NCBI RefSeq assembly: GCF_036321535.1
Contig: NC_087447.1
Span: forward strand, 46,440,001-46,504,000
Source of the DNA: Camelus dromedarius
Taxonomy: Eukaryota
Reading direction: 5' to 3'
DNA length: 64,000 nt
The notes under the pieces are model-generated. The model was not told the DNA's origin and did no database searches. It saw nothing but the letters and a program-made list of their open reading frames with translations. Positions 13,868 through 25,915 of this stretch are shown here, in pieces. Every line of letters starts with the position of its first letter. Position 1 is the stretch's first letter. The position numbers and the translations under genes were made by a program.

Positions 13868-14331
13868 AGAATTATTCTTTAAAACTTAGGTCAAAATCAT
13901 GTCGTTACCCACCTCAAAACTCCCAACAGTAGTTTATCATCTCTTTCAGAATCAAAGTCAAAAATCATTAAAATAGTCCACAGACTCCTACACAACCTGC
14001 CCTGTGTGTCCCCTTCCCCTACAACTTCACCTCCTACTCTCCCACCTTCCTCGCTCACTCTACCCTGGCAACCCTGGCTCCTTGCTACCTACACCTCTTT
14101 TCGGTCTTTACTCAATGTCACTTTCTCAACGAGGCTTTCCCTGATCACCCTATTTTAAATTGCAATGCCCCAAACACAACCTTGCCCCTCTAATCCCCCT
14201 CTCCTTCTATGCTTTATTTTTCTCCATAGCACTATGATCATCTGACATAGTCTCTATTTTACTTATGTATGTTTATTGTGTGACTCCCCACCCATCCACT
14301 AGAATATAACTTCAAAAAAAGAAAAGATTTT

Positions 14332-15068
14332 ATTTTTTTTAGTTTTCAAACTTTTATTTTTGAGCTACGTAATGCTTTTTTTTAACATTTTTTTTTACTG
14401 AGTTAGTCATTTTACAATGTTGTGTCAAATTCCAGTGTAGAGCACAATTTTTCAGTTATACATGAACATACATATACTCATTGTCACATTTTTTTTTCGC
14501 TGTGAGCTATCACAAGATCTTGTATATATTTCCTCGTGCTATACAGTATAATCTTGTTTATCTATTCTAATTTTGAAATCCCATTCTGTCCCTTCCCACC
14601 CCCCACCCCCTTGCCAACCACAAGTTTGTATTCTATGTCTATGAGTCTGTTTCTGTTTTGTATATATGTTTTGTGTGGGGTTTTTTTAGATTCCACATAT
14701 AAGCAATCTCATATGGTATTTTTCTTTCTCTTTCTGGCTTACTTCCCTTAGAATGACATTCTCCAGGAACATCCATGTTGCTGCAAATGGCATTACATTG
14801 TCGGTTTTTATGGCTGAATAGTATTCCACGTATAAATATACCACCTCTTCTTTATCCAGTCATCTGTTGATGGACATTTAGGCTGTTTCCATGTCTTGGC
14901 TATTGTAAATAGTACTGCTATGAACATTAGGGTGCAGGTGTCTTTTTAAAGTAGGGCTCCTTCTGGATATATGCCCAGGAGCAGGATTCCTGGGTCATAT
15001 GGTAAGTCTATTCCTGGTCTTTTGAGGAATCTCCATACTGTTTTCCACAGTGGCTACACCAAACTGCA
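14332..15068 (-). mobile_element. 5'-truncated young LINE-1 inserted in an L2 remnant
   Basis: Antisense L1 3' end, closely similar to the 3'UTR of the 45-50 kb element. TSD core gaaaagatttt at 14321-14331 and 15077-15087. Confidence 0.9.
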
Positions 15069-16655
15069 TCAAAAGGGAAAAGATTTTGTCATGTTTTATT
15101 TACCAATGTATTCCCAGAACAAGGACCAAGGCCTAGCACATAGAAGGTATTCAAATATTTATTGAATGCTAAATGATTTATAAACCTGTCTCCATTCTAA
15201 CACCTTCATGATAATCTGGCTTACATATTCTCCTGGAGTAATTACTGATCGTGAATATACTTCACATCATATAAAGAGGTACTTCTATTTGTAACTCAAG
15301 ACAATCTTCCAGAGGTAATCTCTTAGTTTTTATTTTGGGGATATGAAAGCAAGTATGTGTAGAACTTATCTAGTTAGTCCTTTTATGATTTTGATCTTAG
15401 ATCCTATTGCTCTTTGTTCTTCCAAACAAAAAGTCCTAGCTGGCCCAAGGTAAGTTCTCAAATGTCTGATGAAAAATAAATGAACAATAAGATACTACTA
15501 CTAACCTGTCATCAATGGAACAAGTCAGTTTTTCTTAAAACACTAATATATTAACTAAGATAGCCCTTGTCTTTCTGATTACCATTGTGATCTTTTCTAA
15601 CCAGACTCACACATGCAGTGTTTAACTCTGGAATAGAGTAAACTGACAGGTCCACACTGGGACTGAGTCCTGAATGCTCTACCAACTGGTTAACTGGGCA
15701 GGCAGGTGACCATAAAGCAATATTAGCAAACTGAGAATTCTGCAGCTGCCAAAGTAATCAGGACACTGACAAAAAGTACAACAGTAAAAGTCTTAACTCA
15801 CATCGGAAAGGCGAGGCACACTAAAGGGCTAAAGAACCAATGATCCACTGTTCTCTAGCCTATCATTCTACCCGGTCATTTTCCTATCATTCCACCTGGT
15901 CATTTTTCAACCCACATGCTGATTTCATCATATGACTAATCCCTATTCTTCCTTGCCTACATTATTATCCCCTTCTCTCAAACCTTAATATGGTCCCACA
16001 TCTCTTCTACTGTTCCCTGTGATGTATTCAAAGTCCCAATGGGGCCTCCCACTCCCACATCCATCACTGTTTATTTATACCTTACTCTACTGAGAAGTCC
16101 CTCTTCCCCCCTTCTATACATCTAACTCCTACTCACTCTCCCAACTCTCACCACGTCCATGAAACCTGCCCCAACCACTGTAACTCACATTGATTTCTTC
16201 CTCCTATGAAATGCTCTAGAATACTAATTGTCTGATTTCCTCTTGGTTATAAGCTATCTTCTTTAATTTCTCTCTTCAGGAGGAGTTTGCTAATACTGTA
16301 CCAAGAATGTGCCTCTTCTACAAGACACAAACTTTCTATTCCCTCTGCCCACAACGTGCAGCCCACAGATCTTCACATAACTTGCTCTTAGTCATGGTCA
16401 GCTCTGCCCCGAGGATCCAATCCAAGATTATCTTCTCATTCATCTTTATCATATTACCCTGTTTTACTACCATTATCTCACTAATCACTACCTGAAATTA
16501 ACTCATTCTTACACGTCAACTTATTTCTTGTATACACTTAACTACTCTTACCCACACCAGAATGTAAACCCCATGAGAAAAAGGATTTAGCTTGTTTTGC
16601 TGAGTGCCAAATCCCCAGTACCTAAAACAGTTCCTGGCACAAAAGAGGTGCTGAA

Positions 16656-16910
16656 TAGTCAGCCCTCTGTATCTGCAGGTTCCACGTGTGCAAATTCAAC
16701 CATCCACGGGTCGTATATTATTTATGATCCACGGCTGGTTTAATACGTCAATGTGGAACTGGAATCCGCAGATGCAGAACCCGCAGATACCGAACCGGCA
16801 GAGATCGTGGGCAAACTATGGGACTATGGGACTTGAGCATACACAGATTTTGGTATCCACAGAAGGTCCTGCAACAAAATGCCCCATAGATATCTACCAA
16901 GGGATGACTG
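16656..16910 (-). mobile_element. MER2-like (TcMar-Tigger) non-autonomous DNA transposon
   Basis: Terminal inverted repeats tagtcagccctctgtatc ... gggatgactg and the internal motif ggataccaaaatc-gtatgctcaagtccc. It splits the 3' end of an L2. Confidence 0.7.
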
Positions 16911-17992
16911 TAAATACTTTCTGAATAATTGAATGAATGGGCTTCTATAGCCTGTACTTTACTTATGACAATATTTATCATATTTTATATTAACATTCTC
17001 GTTTATCTCTCTCAATTGATTGTAAGATTTTTGAAAGCAAGAACCATGTATGCCTACTCACCACTGTAACCTCAGTACCCAGTACAGCATCCACACAGAG
17101 TTGTAAAACAATACAATGGGCTATAAAGGGAATTAGAAAGGATGGGAGGGAGGGAGAAGAGGAGGAGCAATAGAGAAAGGATTTGGAACAGAAGTTATCA
17201 GAGTACAAATGGATACTTTAGAAGGTATTATTTTGCAAACTTTCATTTCAGTTTTATGTAAATACATACATATACATGCTGTGTATACTCAGTCATAATG
17301 TAAAATATAATTTTTACCGTGGGTTACAATCCAGTTTTGAAAACACAATACTGAATTTCAAAGCTCACTTTACAACTCAGCTACATTGCATTTATTCCAA
17401 TGGTTCTGAACTTTTTCTTGTTTTATTTTAATCTCCTTGAGCAATACAATACTGTCCCAACAAGAAAAACAGCCCAAGATAGCAGATGAGAACAATTCAT
17501 CTACTATTCCCTTCTGTTATGTAACAAATTTCATGTGGATTATTCCTACATCCCTAACAGTCCTAAGATTGTGGAAGATGGAGATACCTTCTCCCTCTAT
17601 TATTTCCCTCAGAGTGCTTAGCAAGATATTAGCACATTCAGTAAGTACTTTAGGTTGACTGCTAGCTGCCCTCCTGAATAATTACATTAAAATTAACAAA
17701 AACTACAGGAGTTAGTATGCTACTACACTGTCATGCCAAAACAAGGGGGGCAGGAGGAAGGGGAACTAAGCACATTAAAAATCAAAAATGAAATAAAAAA
17801 CAAAAACAAATCTGAGTACAATTTTGCATATTAACAAGACTTGCTGAATTCTCACTGGCAGAATCTAGCAGTGAACCATCTTGATCAAATTACGTTCTCT
17901 GAAGGAATGAGAAACAAAGTAAGATCTGCCTTTTAGAGCTTATTGTAGGTGGTACTTTTTAAACTACAGTATTTGACAGTGGACCCATAAGG

Positions 17993-18802
17993 AGGTATCA
18001 CTTCACATCAGTCAGAATGGCCTTCATAAAAAGTCTACAAACAATAAATGCTGGAGACGGTGCGGAGAATAAGGAACCCTCCTACACTGTTGGTGGGAAT
18101 GTAAATTGGTGCAGCCACTATGAAGGACAGTATGGAGGTTCTTTAAAAAACTAAAAATAGAGTTACCATATGATCCAGTAATCCCACTTCTGGGCATATA
18201 TCTGAAGAAAACTCTAATTTGAAAAGATACATGTACCCCAATGTTCAAAGCAGCACTATTACAATAGCCAAGACATGGAAGCAACCTAAATGTCCATCGA
18301 CAGATGATTGGATAAAGAAGTCATAGTATATATATACAATGGAATATAACTCAGCCATAAAAAAGAATGAAATAATGCCATTTGCAGCAACATGGATGGA
18401 CCTAGGAATTATTACATTAAGTGAAGTCAGACAAAGACAAATATCATATATCAGTTATATGTGTAATCTTAAAAAATGATACAAATAAACCTATTTACAA
18501 AACAGAAATAGACTCACAGACATAGAAAATAAACTTATGGTTACCAAAGGGGGAAGATGGGGGGGATAAATTAGGAGTTTGGGATTAACATATACACATT
18601 ACTATATATAAAACAGATAATGAAGACCTACTGTATAGCACAAGAAACTATATTCAGTATCTTGTGATAACCTATAATGGAAAAGAATCTGAAAAAGGAA
18701 AAATATATGTAGAACTGAATTATTTTGCTGTACACCTGAAACTAGCATGACATTGTAAATTAACTATTAACTAAATCAATATTTTTAAATGAATTAAAAA
18801 AA
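17993..18802 (+). mobile_element. 5'-truncated LINE-1 3' fragment
   Basis: L1 ORF2 end and 3'UTR motifs with an A-rich tail. Degenerate TSD agtggacccataagg (17978-17992) / agcggacccaaaagg (18803-18817). Confidence 0.88.
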
Positions 18803-19915
18803 AGCGGACCCAAAAGGGTTGACAGAGGTGGTACCCACTCCAAAAATCGATGTCCACAAGTTTTCAATTCATCTGCTACAGATTTATCATAAGAGCTCCT
18901 CATTTGTATAAAGTCCCCATTTTTGAAACACAACCTAGTAGACAAAACAGTCAGTCAACCAGTATTTACTAAGTGCCTACAATTTTGAAATAACTTTGTT
19001 TTAACAGAGGCATTAGAGTCGACTCAAAACTTGTTCGTACTTGTCCCATATCATGGTTCTCTGTTAAAAGTATATTTTGCTCTTGTTTTTTCAACCTGAT
19101 TAAACCTTTTCCCGAAGCAGGGCTGTCTCCTCTCATAATTAATTTCAGAGAATCAAAGGGCTGGCACAAAGGAAGTACTCGGCAAGTCTAACGGGGAATA
19201 ACCGTTGAGGAAGAACACAAGTCCCTGGCTCTTCCCGGTCCCCACCCGGCCAGAAGCTGTCTCGGCCACCCTACTCTTCCCATCTCGGGGAAGGCCAGGT
19301 AGTCTGGATCCCAAATTCCTCTGAGGCTACTCCTGGGGCAAACGGTAACACATCCCCTCCTCTACGAAGGGCAGACTCCGTGGAGATGTCTGTGTCTGAG
19401 TCTAACGTTCTTCACCCACAAGAGATCAGAAAGCAGGTAGGTGCCCGTGTAAGGTGCACGGCCCCTGCTTTCCTACCTCCCTACGTGAGTAGGGCAGTTC
19501 CCCAAGCCTTTCAAATAACGTCTGTTGTTAGCCGTGGGTCCGAACCTTGACCTCATCAACTGAGTCACTGTGAGTAAGTCCGCGAACCTTTCCTGGGCCT
19601 CAGTTTCTTCATAACCCCTACGTCAGAGGCTCGCGGTGAGGAATAAAATACTGAGTGGAAGGTGCTTGGCGCGCACTGGAACTACTCGATAAAGGGGAGC
19701 TATTCTTTAGAAATGCGGCCGGACGGCGGAGCCGAGGGGCGCAGACCTAAGGCCGGAGCGGGGTTGGAGGCCGACTGACGGAAGAACAGGAGCTTGACAG
19801 GGCGGGAAGCCGCGGCGGGCAGCGCGGGAAGCGGCGGAGGCGGGCGGGCGCGGCTAACTGCTCGAGAGGCGGCAGCCCGCGCGTCCTCACCCGCCACCCC
19901 TTCCCGGCCTCTCAC

Positions 19916-19934
19916 CTCTCTTGATCACATGCAT
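19916..19934 (-). CDS. RRM1: RRM1 exon 1 coding part (19 nt); ribonucleoside-diphosphate reductase large subunit
   Basis: gcgATGCATGTGATCAAGAGAG|gtgaga = MHVIKR(D), the RRM1 N-terminus. The phase matches exon 2. Confidence 0.97.
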
Positions 19935-20227
19935 CGCAGCTAGTGGCTGAGGCGCTGAGGGATGAGAGACGCGGCTGCAGCTCTGAGGGGCCGGCGGGAT
20001 CGAGGAGGTGGCAGAGAGCGAAGGTCGGGTTCCAGGGATTGCTCAAATGCAGGCCCAGAAAGCACGTCCCTCCACAGAGCAGGGAGGAGCAATCCGAATC
20101 CCCTTCCCGCTCCCGCCAGGCGCGACGCAAAAGCCGCCCGACGAAGCTCGAATGACGTTACGCGACGCTGCCAGCGCCGCGGCCGGTGGGCAGGACTAGC
20201 CTAGCAGATAGTCGGCCTCTCTTCGCA

Positions 20228-20249
20228 GCCACCATGTTGAGTGTGGGCA
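20228..20249. promoter_or_regulatory. Proximal YY1-type 22-bp promoter element
   Basis: gccaccatgttgagtgtgggca, 20/22 identical to the copy at 20336-20357, with the CCATNTT core. Confidence 0.75.
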
Positions 20250-20335
20250 GAGACCGGAGACAACGCCTCTCTCCCTACCCGACCCCACCCCCGGCCACAC
20301 TGTGTGGACACGCCTGGCGGGAACGCCGCTCTCCC

Positions 20336-20357
20336 GCCGCCATGTTGAATGTGGGCA
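20336..20357. promoter_or_regulatory. Distal YY1-type 22-bp promoter element
   Basis: gccgccatgttgaatgtgggca, which matches the YY1 consensus CGCCATNTT. Confidence 0.8.
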
Positions 20358-20995
20358 AGGCCGAATCTGGGGCCCTGCGGCGGCACGTAGCACGCAGAGC
20401 CCGCCAGGGCTGGCTCCGCCCCTCTTGCCTGCACGCCTCGCCGAGGTCAAGGCGGTTGGAGAATTTTTTTAAATAACAAAACCCCAAACCATCCACTTTT
20501 TCTTCATTGTCTTGACGACTTACATTATGATAACCCGAGACTGCTGTCCGATGTGGGCTCTAGCCTGAGATCCGTACCCGGAGGCAGCCGGGAGCCCTAA
20601 GATCCTTAGGTCGGCCGGAAACCTTGCACTCAATCGTGTTGGATAGAGCCTTGTTAGGCCCAAGGGCGTTTGGATTTTATCCTAACAGAAATGGGAGCCC
20701 TGGCGGAATTTTGAGCAGGGCAGTGCTATGACCCATTTGCTTTTAGAATTAGCCAATGGGTAGTGCCAGAGACAGGTAAGCAATAAGGCCCTGTGAAGGT
20801 AGAATAGGCAGCACTTGGTGACGGAACGTGGGGAGTAAGAATAGATGAGACATGCCTCACAAGACTGATGTAGAAGCTTCTGATTTGGGCTAGGCAAAGT
20901 GGTTTTTATGAAATCTCATTTGGCATCCCCTCCCTAAAACTCTGCATTTGTTCCTTACTGCCCTCCACGTGGCCCCAAGCTTCCTGTGAAGTACA

Positions 20996-21410
20996 GCAGT
21001 ACCTTGAAGATATTGGCAGTGTGGTTCCAGACCATTGCAATATAGTGAATATCACAATAAAGCAGATCTTACGAATTTTTTTGTTTCCTGATGCATGTAA
21101 GAGTTACATTTACACCATACTGTAGCCTGTAGGTGTGCAACAGCATTATGCCTAAATAAATAATATACATACTTTAATAAATACTTTATTGCTAAAAAAC
21201 GTTAACCACCATCTGAGCCTTCAGCAAGTCATAATCTTTTTGCTAGTGGAGGATTTGAAATATTGCAAGGATTGCCAAAATGTGACACAGGGACATGAAG
21301 TGAAAAAATGCTGTTGGAAAAATGGCATTGATAAGACATACTCGCCACAAATCTTCAATTTGTAAAAAACACAATATTTGCAAAGTGCAATAAAACTATG
21401 TATGCCCATA
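20996..21410 (-). mobile_element. Internally deleted Tigger1-derived element
   Basis: Both Tigger1 ends are recognisable (gatattg...gttccagaccattgcaat and caaatcttcaatttgtaaaaaacacaatatttgc...gtatgcc) and are joined at about 21255. Confidence 0.8.
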
Positions 21411-21466
21411 ATTCTAAAAGTCATAGGTGAAGCTGCAGGATAGACATGGTCAGGATGGCCTACTGC

Positions 21467-21595
21467 TAGGGTTGCCAGATTTAGCAAATAAAAATGTGTC
21501 CCAAACATTGCATGGGACATAATTATACTAAAAAAAAGTTATTTATCTGAAACTCAATTTTAACTGGGCATCCTGTATTTCATCTGGTAACCCTA
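21467..21595. mobile_element. MER53-like palindromic MITE, left arm partly deleted
   Basis: Terminal inverted repeats tagggttgccagat ... atctggtaacccta and a central palindrome tgtcccaaacattgcatgggaca. Confidence 0.8.
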
Positions 21596-21729
21596 CCCAG
21601 AGAGCTTTTAGGTATCTGTATTAGTTTCATTTTCCCTTGGCAGGGAAGAAATGTCTCTTCTTCAGTCTATCATCTATGCCACAAAGAGCACAGAGAACAC
21701 AATGTGAGTCAGTCAAAGCAGGCAGAGGT

Positions 21730-23124
21730 TAAAATCTCCTACATGCTTTATTGGACTTCAAAGAGTCTTATGAAATAACACAGAAAAACCCATGTGAGGG
21801 TGTCCAGGGGGTACAAAGCAGTCTCGCACCCTCCTAAGACCAGCCCCAGGTGCCCCTACCCCAGGCTCAAAATAGGATCCCAGAGTAAAGACATGGCAGG
21901 GAGTGGGGCAGAGGGAAAATACCTTTACAGCCATAGCAAAAATAGGTAAGAGAGAGAGTTGTCTAGAGGATGGGGAGGGTGGGGGGAAGTGGTCACACAG
22001 CCGCCTTGACCTACACCATCTTCCTGAGCCACCCCCTTCCCTAAACCGGCTGTGTCCTTTCTGAGCCTCTGGCCCAGGCTATACAGTAATATGAAAATGG
22101 GGTCTGACGAGGGGAGTATGTGGTGCAGGCACTTGGGAAATTCAGGAGATTTCATTTTTCAATTTTAAACTGTCTTTTAGTTCAAATGCAACAACATCCT
22201 GCCCAACAGCTCCAGGGCTCCATTAGAGCCCTGTATCATGGCTGAGGCTCCCAAGGCCAGGGGAGCAGACTGTCCTGAGCCTAGGAGTATTGATGCTTGG
22301 GGAGCATTTGGGCAGCACCTCTTATAGACAAACCCTCCTGCAGTGTGAGGGAGCAGGGAGAAGAGAGAGGCAGGTGTGGGTGAGAGAAGAGAGAAAAGGT
22401 GACTGCTTTATGGCCCACGTCTCTGGCATCTACTCATCCCCCAACTAAGAGAAGTCTCTTGAGCTATCCCCTAGCCTGGCCTCTCTTCAAAACTCTAGTG
22501 GCTCGTTCTCTGGCAACTGGTTTCATTCCCCCATGGACCCCTGGAGGCCTGAGTGAGCTCCAGGCCGAGGTTCCCTCTGGCCCACCACACTCCCAGAGAA
22601 CAAACCTCAAATATTAGGTCCTAGGCCCCAGTCTGGGGCAAACAGAACCATCGTCAGTGGGGTGGAACAGATCTGAGGCACAGGTGTCAGTAGTTACTCC
22701 TCCTATCTTCCCCCCCCAACTGCTAGGGGAAGTTGGGGAGTGGTGGGAAGGAGAAGCCTGAAAGCACGAGACAGAGAGAAACAAGAAACCAAACCTCAAA
22801 ACTGGGACAGCAGAGACAGAAGCTGGACCCCAGAGGTGGAGCTGGGAGTTGAGGGGACAGCAACTAAGACATGCACTGAAGTGGAGAGCAAGTGACAGCA
22901 GCAGCCCCTGGTTGGGAGGGAGGCAGGGCAGGCAGGCCATGATGGTCAGTTAATAAATAATGTTGAAGAGCCCAAGGGTACGGGGGACAGGTATGTACAG
23001 TGCCCAATCCCTGGGGCCAGCCCCTCCCATGCCCCTCTCTGGAGGCCAGGTATGGAAGGAAGGGAAGGGGAGGCAGAAGACCAGGGAAGGACAAGCTGTC
23101 CTGCCACTGCCACCCTCATCCTGC
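21730..23124 (-). other. STIM1: STIM1 3'UTR (about 1.4 kb)
   Basis: Lies between the TAG stop (23125-23127) and the AATAAA. No repeats recognised. Contains the ARE nonamer TTATTTATT at 22952-22960. Confidence 0.8.
21747..21752 (-). terminator. STIM1: STIM1 polyadenylation signal AATAAA
   Basis: AATAAA on the minus strand, followed by a GU/U-rich downstream element (tgtgttctctgtgctctttgtgg, about 21679-21701). Confidence 0.85.
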
Positions 23125-24051
<927 letters not shown>

Positions 24052-25878
24052 TCATCTGTCTGTCAAAGGGCTTTCTAATGCCTGAGCCCCACCCCTGATG
24101 AATGGCCAGGCCCTAAACTGGTACAACCATAGACTTCAATGCCACAGACATCCTCCTCATCTCTGCTTCCCATAGCTGACTAGTTTTCTTAGGACTCAAC
24201 CCTAAGGTAACACAGAACCCACATATTCCTTGGAGTCACCATTTTCCATGCCTTCCTCCCCCACTTACTCCTGCCACACCCCGGGACACACCCAGTCTGG
24301 GCCAGGCCCCAAGGAACAAGGCACATGCAGTAAGTGGGCCTAACCCAGGCTGCGGAGAAGGTTAGAACAGCCTTGCAAACAATCCCTCAGCCAACCCCAA
24401 AAGGCCAAGATGCTGCCCCTTCCAACCTTATCTCAGGATTCAGAGGGGTCACAAAGAAATTTTTCAGAGTTCAAACCAAAGTCAGCTGGCAGCAGGAAGC
24501 CTGGGGTCTTTTAGAGCTCTGCTGACAGGGAGAACACAGGGAGGTGTAGAAAGGCAGGACATTGGCCTTTAAGGAGCAGTGGTTCAGAAGAACTGCACAC
24601 CAGAAGTCCTAAGGTCTATTTCAACCTCCATCTCTGCCTGAGACTTGCTGTGTGACCTTGGACAAGTCATCTAATATTGCTGGTCCTCAATTTTGGCCAA
24701 ATGAGTACCAGTTCAATTATCCTGCAAGACTGTTTGGAGGCTCAATATGTTGGCAAAGCACCTGGAATAGCAGAAAGTATTGTGGGAATGAAGATGATGA
24801 GGCCAGTCACAAGAGGCTTCTTTGCAAGGCTGAGTTATATGGGGACATGGCACTGCACACTGGACATGCGTGCACAGAGGCTAGTCCAGGACTGACCCTT
24901 TAAGGGGCTGGCTATTCCTAAGAAAACCATGAAACTAATGCTGAATGCCACCTCTCCTTCCCCTACAGGTGGAAAGGTAGATATGGGAACCCCCTGGCAT
25001 CCTTTAATCCTCCTTCCACTTTCTCAGAGGTCTGAGAACTCACAGCAGAGGCAGAGGAGAGGGCTGAGGGAAATGTTTAAACATCCAATTTAGAAAACCA
25101 AAAGGAAAGGGTCATGAGTGCGAGAGGGGAGCACAGCAGGACCTGGAAAGATGGAGGCTGTGGGAGGGCACCAGGCTCTGAAAACAGGCAAAAGCAGAAG
25201 GTTGGCTCATAGCTATTGTAGATTTAATTTTCAGTAGGAAACAATTAACTAAGCAGCCACTCGGGGCCAGTCCCCTCCTGGAGACAGGGGACAGCAGAGA
25301 ATAATCCCAGCTCCTACTCCCATTCCAAATACTGTTTCAGCCACCTGCTCTAGTGTTTACCAATATTCTGTGTCATATTTGGTTTCATATTTCTGATGGT
25401 GTCCTTGCTTCTATCTAAATGTGTCCTTGTTTCTCTAAGTCCCAAGATGGTCCTCTCTATAGCCTGCCTTTTCCACACACATATGAACCACTGAGCAAGG
25501 TACCAAAGTTCTGGGTTGCAACCACACTAGGACAAGGGGCCCTCTAGGCTGAGGAGACGAGGATCCCAGGAGCCTATATTTCTAATGCCAAGGAAGGAAA
25601 GAGGGGTCAAAAGGTTGGGGCCCACTCAGACTCACTCCTCCTGGCCCACTGTCCCATTTGGTAATGATTTCCATCCCTCCATGTCTCCATCATCAACTAA
25701 AAGCTGGGACTCCCAAAGCAAGAAAAGAACCTGGGAGGAAGTCTGGGTAGATGTAGGAGGGAAAAGTCCCACTGAGGCAAGTTCACCTTCCCTCCCTGAA
25801 CCTTTGAGATAATTCATAGGCTGGGGTGTCCCTCCCCAAATGCTGGGCTGCCTTGGGCTCCCACCCCAAGCTACTAAC

Positions 25879-25915
25879 CTTACTAGAGAGCCTGTTTGCC
25901 TTTAGAGATGATCCT
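25879..25915 (-). CDS. STIM1: STIM1 neuronal cassette exon B (37 nt, frameshifting; STIM1B)
   Basis: atcag|AGGATCATCTCTAAAGGCAAACAGGCTCTCTAGTAAG|gttagt. Joined to exons 11 and 12 it gives [26 protein letters not shown]. Confidence 0.9.

Larger units (their letters stand above)
19630..20620. promoter_or_regulatory. RRM1: CpG island / TATA-less promoter of RRM1
   Basis: Sharp rise in GC and CpG content around exon 1. Has a CRE-like TGACGTTA (20153-20160), an E2F-type TGGCGGGAA (20315-20323), GC boxes and two YY1-type elements. The transcription start is inferred near 20150. Confidence 0.9.

Noticed and set aside
19700..20496. Many overlapping 60-96 aa ORFs on both strands
   Set aside because: These are expected in a GC-rich CpG island. 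Only the 19-nt RRM1 start is supported.
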